Below, piece after piece: positions 30,378 through 39,889 of a stretch of DNA of 64,000 nucleotides. The stretch is from positions 76,186-140,185 of the forward strand of contig JBBIIG010000004.1 in assembly GCA_037446635.1 (NCBI GenBank), written 5' to 3'. Source of the DNA: a bacterium. GTDB lineage: Bacteria > Zhuqueibacterota > Zhuqueibacteria > Oceanimicrobiales > Oceanimicrobiaceae. Position numbers and translations under genes: made by a program. The notes under the pieces were generated by a model that was given only the letters and a program-made list of their open reading frames with translations, made no database searches and was not told the origin of the DNA. Numbering within the stretch: the first letter of the stretch is position 1; the number at the start of each line of letters is the position of its first letter.

Positions 30378-31352
30378 CTAATAACTTGCCAATTGGCGCA
30401 ACTGTTCGGTTATCTTCTCCACATTCGGCATAAAAAACTCCTCCAGCGGCGAGCTGTACGGCACGGGCGTATCAATGGAAGCGAGCCGGCGAATCGGCGC
30501 ATCCAAATACTCAAACGCCTCCTGGGAAATCACCGCCGCGATCTCCGCGCCGATGCCGCCGGTCAATGTCGCTTCGTGCACAATCAGCACTTTGTTCGTT
30601 TTCTTTACAGATTTCAAAATCAACTCTTTATCGAACGGCAGCAGCGACTGCAGGTCCAGCACTTCAACCTCGACGCCCTCTTTTGCCAAATTCTCCGCCG
30701 CTTCCAATGAGCGCATGACCATCGAACCGTAGGTGATCAGCGAAATATCTCTGCCCGATCTACGAATTTCCGCTTTTCCGATCGGCACAATGTAATCGTC
30801 ATCGGGTACCTCGTCTTTCAGATGCCGATACAGATACTTGTGCTCAAAATAAAGCACCGGATTATTATCTCGAATCGCGGCTTTGATCAACCCTTTGGCA
30901 TTGTACGGCGTCGAGGGCGCCACCAATTTCAACCCGGGCACGTGAAAAAACCACGCTTCCGGATTCTGCGAATGAAATGGACCCGCGTGCAAGCCGCCGC
31001 CCGACGGCAGCCGAATCACCATTGGCACCGCCGCTCCCCAGCGATAGTGGCACTTGGCGGCCATGTTCACAATCTGATTCCAGCCGCAGGAAACAAAATC
31101 CGCGAACTGCATCTCCGCCACCGGCCGCAATCCCATCATCGCCGCGCCCACCGCCACGCCGACGATCGCGGTTTCCGCGAGAATCGTGTCGATGACCCGC
31201 TCCTCGCCAAATTCTTTCAAAAAACCTTTGGTAACTTTGAACGCGCCGCCGTACTCACCGATGTCCTCACCCAAACAGAACACGCTTTCGTCGCGCTGCA
31301 TCTCTTCGCGCAGGCCTTTGGAGATGGCTTCGATGTAGGTGATGACACTCAT
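30378..31352 (-). CDS. 2-oxoacid dehydrogenase E1 beta subunit (branched-chain/pyruvate type)
   Basis: GEDIG..GGAFKVT, EMQFADF, GPFHSQ, transketolase C-terminal domain. Confidence 0.93.
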   Translation of the reverse strand: MSVITYIEAISKGLREEMQRDESVFCLGEDIGEYGGAFKVTKGFLKEFGEERVIDTILAETAIVGVAVGAAMMGLRPVAEMQFADFVSCGWNQIVNMAAKCHYRWGAAVPMVIRLPSGGGLHAGPFHSQNPEAWFFHVPGLKLVAPSTPYNAKGLIKAAIRDNNPVLYFEHKYLYRHLKDEVPDDDYIVPIGKAEIRRSGRDISLITYGSMVMRSLEAAENLAKEGVEVEVLDLQSLLPFDKELILKSVKKTNKVLIVHEATLTGGIGAEIAAVISQEAFEYLDAPIRRLASIDTPVPYSSPLEEFFMPNVEKITEQLRQLASY

Positions 31353-31385
31353 TCGTGAGCTTTCGACGTCATTTTTTCGGGGGTC

Positions 31386-31414
31386 AATATAGGGAGTTTA
31401 GATAAAGAATTCAA
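31386..31414 (-). promoter_or_regulatory. Candidate sigma70 promoter for E1beta-nuo operon
   Basis: TTGAAT-17 nt-TATATT on the minus strand. Confidence 0.6.
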
Positions 31415-31455
31415 CAGATTTTATGGGGTGATTTGTTTACAATTTCATGAAAAAA

Positions 31456-31721
31456 TGTCATTGCGAGGCGCTTTTTGCCTGCCCGCCAGAGGTTTTAGGC
31501 AGGCGGGCCGAAGCAATCTCCTGCGTCACCGAGGGGAGTGCTTCGCTGCAAAGCGCATCTGAGGACACAGGAGGTGTCATTTCGAACCTCGACGCTTTTA
31601 GTCGAGGTTCGAAATCTGGGGAAGCACAGATCAAGCTATGCCAATTTAATTCTGCATACATTCGCTGATACTAATCTCCGTCAGATTTCTCGACTCCGCT
31701 GCGCTCCGTCGCGAAATGACA
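31456..31721. repeat. Composite, nested palindromic repeat elements
   Basis: TGTCATTGCGAG..GAAGCAATCTCC element with a nested CCTGCCCGCC..GGCAGGCGGG hairpin. Second element TGTCATTTCGAACC..GGTTCGAAATCT...AGATTTCTCG..CGAAATGACA. Confidence 0.75.
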
Positions 31722-31772
31722 GTAACCTCATCTGAGTTTTCGGTTTCCTCTTCGATGCAAATTCTCCCTTTT

Positions 31773-32798
31773 CTAACTCGCGTAAACCCCTTCCGCTGCC
31801 TCCTCCGGCGCCGGCAGCGGACTCTCCTCCGCCCACTTCTGTCCCTCATCGATTTCCAATTTTACGCGTTCCTGAATTTTCTCCAATTCACTTTTTGATG
31901 CGATTTTATTTTCGAACAAATACTTTTCGTGCATCATGATCGGATCGCGTTTCTCCCAATATTCGAAAAGCGCCTTCGGGACGTAAAACGCGTCGTCGTG
32001 CTCGGCGTGTCCTTTCATGCGAAACGTCTTGGCTTCGATGAGCGTCGGTCCCTCGCCTTTGCGGGCCCGCTCAACCGCGCGCTTCGTGACTTCATAAACT
32101 GCAATCACGTCATTGCCATCTACGATTTCGCCGGGGATACCATAAGCTTTGGCGCGGTCGGCAAAATTTTCCAGCAGCGTCTGTTTGCTCACCGGAGTCG
32201 AGTAAGCGTAGCCATTGTTTTCCAAAATCACCACCAGCGGCAGCTTCATCACTGCGGCAAAATTAAGTCCCTCGTGGAAATCGCCGACGCTGGAGCCGCC
32301 GTCGCCAATCCACGTGAGCGCCACATTGGGCTGCTTCTTCATTTTGAACGCCAGCGCCGCGCCAGCGCAAACTGGAATCAGCGCGCCCAACATGCTGATA
32401 GGCGCAATGATGCCGCGTTTCAAATCGCCGAAATGGGACGTACCATCTTTGCCCTGCGTGGGACTGGTTTTGCGTCCGAGATAATTGGCGAAAAATTCTC
32501 CGGGTGTGACGCCCCGCACCAACACCGCGCCCGCGTTGCGGATCATCGGGCCGATGACGTCGCCCTTTTCCAGCGCGTACGCCGAGCCCACCGATGTGGC
32601 TTCCTGTCCGCGACTCACGTACGCGCCGCCCAAAATTTTGCCGGTGCGGTACATGATGGAAAGGCGGTCGTCAAAAGCGCGATTAAGAACCATGAAATAA
32701 TATAGTTCCAAAAGCTGCTCTTTTGACAGCGAATGCTTTTGGGCTTTGGAATTTTTGGAGATAGATTTTCTTTTCGCGGCGGGCTTCGCCTTAGGCAT
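31773..32798 (-). CDS. 2-oxoacid dehydrogenase E1 alpha subunit
   Basis: GQEA, TPP motif GDGG..ENNGYA, RMKGHAEHD. Confidence 0.93.
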   Translation of the reverse strand: MPKAKPAAKRKSISKNSKAQKHSLSKEQLLELYYFMVLNRAFDDRLSIMYRTGKILGGAYVSRGQEATSVGSAYALEKGDVIGPMIRNAGAVLVRGVTPGEFFANYLGRKTSPTQGKDGTSHFGDLKRGIIAPISMLGALIPVCAGAALAFKMKKQPNVALTWIGDGGSSVGDFHEGLNFAAVMKLPLVVILENNGYAYSTPVSKQTLLENFADRAKAYGIPGEIVDGNDVIAVYEVTKRAVERARKGEGPTLIEAKTFRMKGHAEHDDAFYVPKALFEYWEKRDPIMMHEKYLFENKIASKSELEKIQERVKLEIDEGQKWAEESPLPAPEEAAEGVYAS

Positions 32799-34170
32799 GT
32801 TTATCCGCTTTCAAAATTTTCATGAAATCGTTGATGGTTTTGAAGGATTCCAGATTCCAGATGGCTTCGCGAATTTGCTTTTGCTTTTTTTCCGAAAGAA
32901 GATTGGAAGACAGGCCGGCGAATTTATTTTGCAGGTCTTCGTCCGTCATGGGCTCACGAGGATCGCCTTTGGGATAATCGAGCTGCGCCGAGTGCGTCTG
33001 TCCGTTCTTCAATTTGATGGTGACTTTCGACTGCTGCTTGGCAGGGAAATTTTTCTCGAACTCGGCGCTGGCCTCGCCCTTGATTTTGTTGATGACGCCC
33101 ATGATGCGCGGGTCTTTGATGCGTTCCTCGTTGAATTGATCGGTGGTTATTTTGCGATCGACAATCGCCGCAGCGATGCAGTACGGCAAGCTGTGATCGG
33201 CAGTCTCGCGGGAGGTCGGTTTGTATTTCGCCGGGTCGAATAAAATATCCACGGCCCGCGCAATGGTGGTGACGGTCACCGTGTCGATGTCCTCGGGTTT
33301 AATATCATGCTCGGTGACGACTTTGATGGTCGCCGAAATATGTGTGTGCGTCAGCGCTTCGGTCGGGAATGCTTTCATCGAGCAATCGAGTATTTTAAAA
33401 TGATCACCGAGTCCACCAACCAATTTTTCGCGATCCCAATCCGGCCCGAACACTTGCATGAAGCCCTCTTTGCCCTCGAAGATTTCTTCGGTGCCGGAGT
33501 AGCCTTCTTTTGCCATCAGCGCGGCCATCACCCCGCTCTGCGCTGCCAGCGGATCGACGGTGTTTTTCATCATCGTGAGCTTGCCGGCGGTCACGGCCCC
33601 GGGCGTGAAATTGTGGCACCCCGAAATGCCGATGGCGTTCACCATCTGGTCTTCATTCAAATCCAGCAAATATCCCGCGACGATCGGTGACACAAACTGG
33701 GTTAACGAGGCGTGGTGCCACTTGCGCTCGCGAATTCCGGGAACAGCAAATTCACATAACCGGCACTCGAATTCATACGCCAGCACAATCGCCGTGATCA
33801 CATCTTTGGCGCTCTTCGCTTCTCGCTCACCAACCGCCAGCGCCGCCGGAATGATGTCGCTGGGGTGACTCGGATCCTGTTTCCAATAAATGTCGTTGAA
33901 ATCCAACGCGCGGATCATCAGACTGTTGAGGAACGTCGCGTTGTACGCCGGCATCTTTTCCCCACTGGCGATGGCCGTGGCCTCGGCTTTCCCGCCCATG
34001 TCTGCGTAGATTTTGCGAACGATTTTCACATCGTGAGTATTGAAGCCTCCGTAAGCACAGCCGAGGGAGTCGTACAAAAACCGTCTGACTTCGGTGACGA
34101 CGGGCTCGGGTAGATCGTCATACTTGAGGTTGAGAGAAAATTTGGCGATTTGTCGGGAAAGGGAGGTCAT
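32791..34170 (-). CDS. prpD: MmgE/PrpD family dehydratase
   Basis: LDFNDI..HPSD, FEGKEG, ETADHSLPY, PKGDP. Confidence 0.88.
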   Translation of the reverse strand: MTSLSRQIAKFSLNLKYDDLPEPVVTEVRRFLYDSLGCAYGGFNTHDVKIVRKIYADMGGKAEATAIASGEKMPAYNATFLNSLMIRALDFNDIYWKQDPSHPSDIIPAALAVGEREAKSAKDVITAIVLAYEFECRLCEFAVPGIRERKWHHASLTQFVSPIVAGYLLDLNEDQMVNAIGISGCHNFTPGAVTAGKLTMMKNTVDPLAAQSGVMAALMAKEGYSGTEEIFEGKEGFMQVFGPDWDREKLVGGLGDHFKILDCSMKAFPTEALTHTHISATIKVVTEHDIKPEDIDTVTVTTIARAVDILFDPAKYKPTSRETADHSLPYCIAAAIVDRKITTDQFNEERIKDPRIMGVINKIKGEASAEFEKNFPAKQQSKVTIKLKNGQTHSAQLDYPKGDPREPMTDEDLQNKFAGLSSNLLSEKKQKQIREAIWNLESFKTINDFMKILKADKHA

Positions 34171-34200
34171 AAGAATTTTCTTTCAAATGGTTAAAAGCAT

Positions 34201-34280
34201 GGCACACGGATGAAACTGATGACACGGATTCTTATGGAGTCATCAGTGACAATCCGTACTATCCGCACCATCCGTGTTCA
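34201..34280. repeat. 9-nt periodic inverted array
   Basis: ACACGGATG-AAACTGATG-ACACGGATT ... ATCAGTGACA-ATCCGTACT-ATCCGCACC-ATCCGTGTT. Confidence 0.75.
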
Positions 34281-34297
34281 ATGTTTTCGTTCTTTTT

Positions 34298-35416
34298 TCA
34301 TAGCTTCCGCGCCACCTCCTCCGCCACTTCCAGCGTGCTGGAATTCCCGCCCATGTCGTACGTTCGCACTTTGCCTTCTTTGATGACGGTTGCAATGGCT
34401 TTCTCCAACCGCTCGGCCATTGAATTTTCTTTTAGCCAATCGAGCATGAGCTTAACCGTCAGCAGCATGGCCATGGGATTCACTTTGTACTGTCCCGCGT
34501 ATTTTGGCGCGGAGCCGTGCGTCGGCTCGAACACCGCGTAATTGTCGCCGATGTTGCCGCTGGACGCAAATCCCAGTCCACCAACGAGCTGCGCACAGAG
34601 GTCGGAGATGATGTCGCCGAACATGTTGGAGGCCACCAGCACGCCGTAGTCCTGCGGGTTCTTGATCAGCCACATGCACATGGCGTCGATGTTCGTTTCC
34701 CACAGCTCGATACCGGGATAGTCCTTCGCCACTTTGCGCGCCTCGCGAATGATGAGGCCGCTGGTCTCGCGCAGCACGTTTGGCTTCTCCACTATCGTCA
34801 CCGATTTATAGCCGTACTTTTTGGCGTACTCAAATCCCTGCCGCACGATGTTGGCCGAGGCTTTTTTGGTGTTGAGCCGAACACTGATGGCAATTTCATC
34901 GAGAGGCGTTTGCGCGAAACGCTGCATGGCCTTTGAGTGCTTGGCCAAAACATCGCGCACCTCCGCCGGCAGCGGATGAAACTCGATGCCGCTGTACAAG
35001 TCCTCTGTGTTTTCGCGGAAGACCACCAGATCGATGTCATCGCGATAGTTGAGTGGATTGCCGGGATACGCTTTGCACGGCCGCAGGTTAGTGTGCAGGT
35101 TGAACATCTGCCGCAGCTTCACAATCGGACTGGAATAGACGAAGCCTTTGTCCGCCAACGCAGGATCGAGCTCTTTGGCGGCTTCCTCTTTCGGCTTCGA
35201 AGTGATGGCCCCGAACAAGCAGACATCGGTGCTTTTGAGAAGCTGCACCGTGCGGTCGGGCAGCGGATTGCCTTCGTGCTTCCAAAACTCCCAGCCGATG
35301 TCGCCGGGGAGATATTCGGCGTCAAGTTTCAGCGCATCGAGGACGATGCGGGCGGCTTCCATGACATCGTTGCCAATGCCGTCGCCGGGAAGCCATGCGA
35401 TTTTGTACTTGGGCAT
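34298..35416 (-). CDS. Isocitrate/homoisocitrate/isopropylmalate dehydrogenase family enzyme
   Basis: PGDGIG, FRENTEDLY, NMFGDIISD, FEPTHGSAPKYAG. Confidence 0.92.
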   Translation of the reverse strand: MPKYKIAWLPGDGIGNDVMEAARIVLDALKLDAEYLPGDIGWEFWKHEGNPLPDRTVQLLKSTDVCLFGAITSKPKEEAAKELDPALADKGFVYSSPIVKLRQMFNLHTNLRPCKAYPGNPLNYRDDIDLVVFRENTEDLYSGIEFHPLPAEVRDVLAKHSKAMQRFAQTPLDEIAISVRLNTKKASANIVRQGFEYAKKYGYKSVTIVEKPNVLRETSGLIIREARKVAKDYPGIELWETNIDAMCMWLIKNPQDYGVLVASNMFGDIISDLCAQLVGGLGFASSGNIGDNYAVFEPTHGSAPKYAGQYKVNPMAMLLTVKLMLDWLKENSMAERLEKAIATVIKEGKVRTYDMGGNSSTLEVAEEVARKL

Positions 35417-35432
35417 AGGTTTCTCTTTCTCT

Positions 35433-35663
35433 TTAGATTTGTTTCAACAGATCGTTAAATTCATCAATTGTCAAATCCGCGTCGCGAATAATTCCGCGCT
35501 GCGTCCCTTTGGGAAGATCTTGATTGCCATGACACGGAACCACCACAATTCTTTGGCCATTGTCCAATATTGCATGACTACCTTTCCATCTCTTGACCGC
35601 GAACCCAACTTTCTTCAAAACCTTGACAACGTCGTTCCCCTTCGCGGGAATCATCTTACTCAT
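35433..35663 (-). CDS. hicA: HicA toxin
   Basis: LKKVGF..KGSHAIL..VVVPCH..LPKGT. Confidence 0.88.
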   Translation of the reverse strand: MSKMIPAKGNDVVKVLKKVGFAVKRWKGSHAILDNGQRIVVVPCHGNQDLPKGTQRGIIRDADLTIDEFNDLLKQI

Positions 35664-35866
35664 ATTTCGATTTCGATGGATTCGCCAACTTTTCGGTAGT
35701 CATTGATACGAAGATTCAAAACCTCCAAATAGCCTGCAATCGCTTCTTTGATGTTATTGATGGCTTCCTCTTTGTTGTTGCCCCATGAATGACATCCCGG
35801 CAACGCGGGCACGTGCGCGGAAACACGTCCATCATCTTCCTTTTCTAAAATGATTTCGTATTTCAT
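35660..35866 (-). CDS. hicB: HicB antitoxin
   Basis: MKYEIILEKEDDG..VPALPGCHSWG..EEAINNIKEAI. Has its own AGGAG SD. Confidence 0.88.
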   Translation of the reverse strand: MKYEIILEKEDDGRVSAHVPALPGCHSWGNNKEEAINNIKEAIAGYLEVLNLRINDYRKVGESIEIEI

Positions 35867-36007
35867 CGATTTTACTCCTGACTTAACTGACTTTCGTCGA
35901 TTATCGCTTTTGATAATTTGGTAAGTAATCACGCCGAGGCCAATCATAAAAATCACAAAAGCGGTCACCGGAAACCAAACCATTTTATAGTGCCTCCAAT
36001 GGAGAGA

Positions 36008-36244
36008 TCATGATTGTACCAAGTCCGTTGGACATAAGCATGGCTTACATAACTTTCTTTGCCTTCTTTCTCCTTTTAGTTTTGGAAAAACTGAAACCAA
36101 TGCACGAAGGGCGGAATTTACGCTCTCTGAGTCAGGAAAGAATTCGACTAAATCAGGTTCAATCACGACAATGTTGGTGCCCTCCGCATATTTCTTCGCA
36201 TATTTATTGGGGCGAGCTTTTGAAAAATCATATTCTTTTCTCAT
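36008..36244 (-). CDS. BrnA-like antitoxin
   Basis: MRKEYDFSKARPNKYA..VIEPDLVEFFPDSESVNSALR; lies downstream of the BrnT remnant. Confidence 0.75.
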   Translation of the reverse strand: MRKEYDFSKARPNKYAKKYAEGTNIVVIEPDLVEFFPDSESVNSALRALVSVFPKLKGERRQRKLCKPCLCPTDLVQS

Positions 36245-36259
36245 TCTATACCTCGAGAT

Positions 36260-36543
<284 letters not shown>

Positions 36544-36566
36544 TGAGTTCCCTTTGGCCGCTCCCT

Positions 36567-37103
36567 CTATTTCACCAAATCAAAATCAATAAAATCCGCG
36601 TGGTGCAAAATAATCGCTTCGGGCGAGCGTTTGAAGTGATCGCCTTCTTTGGAGTGCACTGCCACGATGTGCATCACCTCTTCCGGGATGTTGTATTTGA
36701 AGCAGAGTCCCACGCCGCTGAACGGATGTCGCAGGTACTGGCCGTGCTTGCTCTTGACGATCTTCCCATCTTTTTTGTCATACTCGTATAACTTGCCAAC
36801 ATCCGCCAGCAGCGCGCCAGCCACAAGGTGATCGCGGTTCACCGGCGTTTTGCGAGCGCCATAGGCCTCGGACAAAACTTGGTCGCAGGCCACGCACATC
36901 TGACACACCACGCGCACGTGTTCGAGAAACGTGATCTTCACATTTTCCGCCAAAAGCGTGAACGGAATTTTCGCCAGTTCTTCCGCAGTCCAATTGCGAT
37001 ACTCCATCGCTTCTTTCCAAACTGCGATCGTGTTTTCGCGCAGTTGCGAATCCTGAATCAAATTGAACTCCGGAATCATCTTGGTCAATTCATCTTTGGT
37101 CAT
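36567..37103 (-). CDS. HD-domain (HDIG-like) protein
   Basis: EH..V, GALLADVGK (AD in place of HD), RHPFSG, HS, HHAD. Confidence 0.8.
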   Translation of the reverse strand: MTKDELTKMIPEFNLIQDSQLRENTIAVWKEAMEYRNWTAEELAKIPFTLLAENVKITFLEHVRVVCQMCVACDQVLSEAYGARKTPVNRDHLVAGALLADVGKLYEYDKKDGKIVKSKHGQYLRHPFSGVGLCFKYNIPEEVMHIVAVHSKEGDHFKRSPEAIILHHADFIDFDLVK

Positions 37104-37123
37104 ATCATTCCTCTGTCATTTTG

Positions 37124-37254
37124 TAATGAAGTCTTAGTTGGTCAGAACGTGGAGTAATGGATTGATAGATTAGTGGATCAGTAATTTCAGTACTCCAGAA
37201 CTCCATTAATCCATTGATCCATTAATCCACTTTATCCAACTATGTCTGTCCTTT
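37124..37254. repeat. 8-nt periodic inverted array element (copy 1)
   Basis: GGAGTAAT-GGATTGAT-AGATTAGT-GGATCAGT ... AGTACTCC-AGAACTCC-ATTAATCC-ATTGATCC-ATTAATCC. Flanks resemble those of the 39121-39243 copy. Confidence 0.85.
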
Positions 37255-37273
37255 CCCAAAAGAATAGTTCAGA

Positions 37274-38050
37274 TTACAAGCTCCGGTCCGGCGGCCCATC
37301 ATATTCTTGATTAGTGGGATCGATGACTCGCATCGGTTTGTAGCGTGTCTGTTCTTCAAACACGTGCGCCACCAGTCCGGGCGTGCGGGCAATCATAAAA
37401 AATGCATTGGCGAGTTTAGGCGAAAATTCCAGTTGACACAAAATAGCCGCGATGGCGCCGTCAACATTGATGGGCAGCGTTTTACCGGAATCTTGTTTCA
37501 AAGCTGTTTCAATGGCTTTCGCAATGGCGATGAACGTATCGCCGATTGCCCATTCTTCGCACAGTTGGAACAACTTCGTCGTGCGCGGATCCTTTGTGTG
37601 CAGCCGATGTCCGAATCCCGAAATGCGACGTCCGGTTTCACGATACTCCTGCACGATCGTTTCCGCGGCTTTATCAACCGAAAGCTGCTTCGACTTGCGG
37701 ATTTCCTCGGTCTGCAGCAGCACCCCCATGCAGTCCTCGATGGCGCCGCCGTGAAAGCGCGAGATGGCGAGAATACCGCCGGCCACCGCGGCATTGAGCG
37801 GCGCGCCCGTCGAGGCTACCGTGATCGCCGCCAACGCCGAGGGCGGCGTGGCGCCGTGATCGATGGACGACACCAAAATCGCCTCGATTAGTTTGCCGAC
37901 GTTTTCGGACGGCAGTTCTCCCTTCAGCGCCAAATATACCGCCTGCCCAAAAGAAATTTTTCCCATCAATTCGTCAAGCCGATACCCGCGCAGCCGCACT
38001 TCATTCGGCTTGACTTTCGAGATGGCGGTTTTCCAGCGTGTTTCTTCCAT
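37274..38050 (-). CDS. Citryl-CoA lyase (citrate-synthase small-domain fold)
   Basis: WKTAIS..RLRGY..L, IDHGATPPS, HGGAIE, GFGHRLHTKDPR, INVDGAIAA. 258 aa, the size of CCL rather than full citrate synthase. Confidence 0.85.
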   Translation of the reverse strand: MEETRWKTAISKVKPNEVRLRGYRLDELMGKISFGQAVYLALKGELPSENVGKLIEAILVSSIDHGATPPSALAAITVASTGAPLNAAVAGGILAISRFHGGAIEDCMGVLLQTEEIRKSKQLSVDKAAETIVQEYRETGRRISGFGHRLHTKDPRTTKLFQLCEEWAIGDTFIAIAKAIETALKQDSGKTLPINVDGAIAAILCQLEFSPKLANAFFMIARTPGLVAHVFEEQTRYKPMRVIDPTNQEYDGPPDRSL

Positions 38051-38097
38051 AGTCCTACCCTCTGCTTGGTTTTGTGACAGAGGTGTTGTCGGGCGCA

Positions 38098-38180
38098 AAG
38101 GTATAGGGTATAAGGTATAAGGTATAAGTGAAGGCGCGTTAACTACCTTATTCCCTTATACCCTTATACCCTATACCCCC
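38098..38180. repeat. 7-nt periodic inverted array
   Basis: (GGTATAA/G)x4 ... (CCTTATA-like)x4, overlapping the stop of the SucD-like gene. Confidence 0.85.
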
Positions 38181-39076
38181 TTACCCGTCAGCACCTCCCC
38201 AGTCACTTTCGGAATATCATCGAACCGCTCAACGATATGCGCCCCCACTTCCCGCAGCCGCTTCACTTTACTTTCATGCGTGCCGCGATTGCCCTCGACG
38301 ATGGCGCCGGCGTGCGAAAAACGCGTGCCCGACTTCGCCGCGGCACCGCCAATATAAGCAATCAGCGGTTTTGTGAAAAGTCCTTTTTCGATGAGATCGG
38401 CCACCCGTTCTTCCTGCGAGCCGCCGATCTCTCCGAACATGACAACAGCCTTCGTGTCGGGATCATTTTCGAATAATTGCGCCACGTCCGGGTGCGGCGT
38501 GCCCACTATCACGTCGCCGCCCACGTGCACGATGGTGCTGAGTCCGATGCCGCTTTTGCTGAGATAATATGCAATCGACGAGGTGATGCCGCCGCTGCGC
38601 GAGGTGACGCCGACGTTGCCCTTTTTGAACCACGCTTTCGCCGAGGCTGCGCGACCGCCCATCATTCCGAGCACGCCTTTATCGACGCTGAGCAGTCCGA
38701 GGGTGTTGGGACCGACATAGCGCGCGCCGGCCTTTTTGGCAGCGTGCTCGATTTCGAGGACGTCGTAAATGGGCACGCGGTCCGGCACCAGCACCAGCAG
38801 TTTGATGCCGGCATCGATGGCTTCGAGGGCAGCGTTTTTCACCAGCGGCGCGGGAATGAAAATCACGGAGGCGTCAATCTGCCCGCACTTCTCCACGGCT
38901 TCTTTCACCGTGTCATAAACCGGCACACCCAACACATCCTGTCCACCGCGGCCCGGCGTGACGCCCGCCACGACTTTCGTACCGTACTCCATCATCAGTT
39001 TGGTGCGCGCCATGCCTTCGCGGCCGGTGATGCCCTGCACGACGACGCGCGTGGTTTCGTTGACTAAGATGGACAT
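38171..39076 (-). CDS. Acyl-CoA synthetase (ADP-forming) alpha subunit, SucD/citryl-CoA synthetase small subunit-like
   Basis: VQGITG, GVTPG, GPNTLG, SRSGG, GEIGG, phospho-His FSHAGA. Confidence 0.9.
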   Translation of the reverse strand: MSILVNETTRVVVQGITGREGMARTKLMMEYGTKVVAGVTPGRGGQDVLGVPVYDTVKEAVEKCGQIDASVIFIPAPLVKNAALEAIDAGIKLLVLVPDRVPIYDVLEIEHAAKKAGARYVGPNTLGLLSVDKGVLGMMGGRAASAKAWFKKGNVGVTSRSGGITSSIAYYLSKSGIGLSTIVHVGGDVIVGTPHPDVAQLFENDPDTKAVVMFGEIGGSQEERVADLIEKGLFTKPLIAYIGGAAAKSGTRFSHAGAIVEGNRGTHESKVKRLREVGAHIVERFDDIPKVTGEVLTGKGV

Positions 39077-39120
39077 AACCTAAATAACTCACAAGTTTTG
39101 AAATCCGACAACTTCGATGT

Positions 39121-39243
39121 TAATGAAGCTCTGTTGTTTAGAATGTGGAGTAATGGAGTTTTGGATTAATGGATCAATGACGAAAAAACTGCATTAATCC
39201 ATTGATCCATCAATCCACTAATCCATTTGCCTCAGTGTCCTTT
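39121..39243. repeat. 8-nt periodic inverted array element (copy 2)
   Basis: GGAGTAAT-GGAGTTTT-GGATTAAT-GGATCAAT ... ATTAATCC-ATTGATCC-ATCAATCC-ACTAATCC. Confidence 0.85.
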
Positions 39244-39256
39244 AAGTCGTCCTGAG

Positions 39257-39649
39257 TTATCTCCGGTACGGTAACAACTTTAATCCACTAATAAAATCAT
39301 AATCGCGCCGATTCTTTGAAACAAAGGATAGATTCAAAGTCATTGCGGTTGCGGCAATCAAAGCGTCAGGTATTGCTAATCCGTGACTCAATCGGTACTT
39401 GCGCAACAAATTGATCGCTTCGTCCGAGATTGACTCGGTAATTTTGAGGACCTGAAATCTTTTCAGAAAACGATTTGTGTGTTGCAGCTCAGTTTTGTTT
39501 CGACAACCAACAATCAACTCCATTTCCGTTACAACACTGGCAGCCAGTTTTGATTCTTTCTCCGCTTCGTTCAAATAGTCAACAGCATCTTTGATTTTTC
39601 TTGCCGCATCAATCAGGATATCAGTATCAATAACAGTCAATTCATTCAT
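39257..39649 (-). CDS. VapC/PIN toxin
   Basis: VIDTDILID, TEMELIVG, IPDALIAATA, KNRRDY. Confidence 0.9.
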   Translation of the reverse strand: MNELTVIDTDILIDAARKIKDAVDYLNEAEKESKLAASVVTEMELIVGCRNKTELQHTNRFLKRFQVLKITESISDEAINLLRKYRLSHGLAIPDALIAATAMTLNLSFVSKNRRDYDFISGLKLLPYRR

Positions 39650-39888
39650 CAACTGCGCTCCCATTCACGGCGCCGTAAGTTGCGCACCCATTCGGTGCTG
39701 TCCTTCATGTCCTCCCTATCCCGCCACATGCCGATGAATGGCTCGTCGCGTAATCGTGTCGGCTTGGTCTTCTTACTTGCTCTTTCTATTTGGTAGCGAC
39801 TCTTCAAAAAAGCAACAAAATCCCTGACCTGCTTTTGCGCGTCAGGCGGTAAGGAAGCTATGTCTTCTATTATTCTTGCTACTTCCAT
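39649..39888 (-). CDS. DUF2281 antitoxin
   Basis: IASLPPDAQKQVRDFVAFL..FIGMWRDREDM..WVRNLRRREW. Confidence 0.8.
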   Translation of the reverse strand: MEVARIIEDIASLPPDAQKQVRDFVAFLKSRYQIERASKKTKPTRLRDEPFIGMWRDREDMKDSTEWVRNLRRREWERS

Positions 39889-39889
39889 T

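Noticed and set aside
32791..34170. Canonical 2-methylcitrate cycle
   Set aside because: No prpB or prpC is in the window; the neighbours point to a different pathway.
37124..39243. Repeat arrays as a CRISPR array
   Set aside because: Units are 7-9 nt and contiguous, with no unique spacers and no cas genes.
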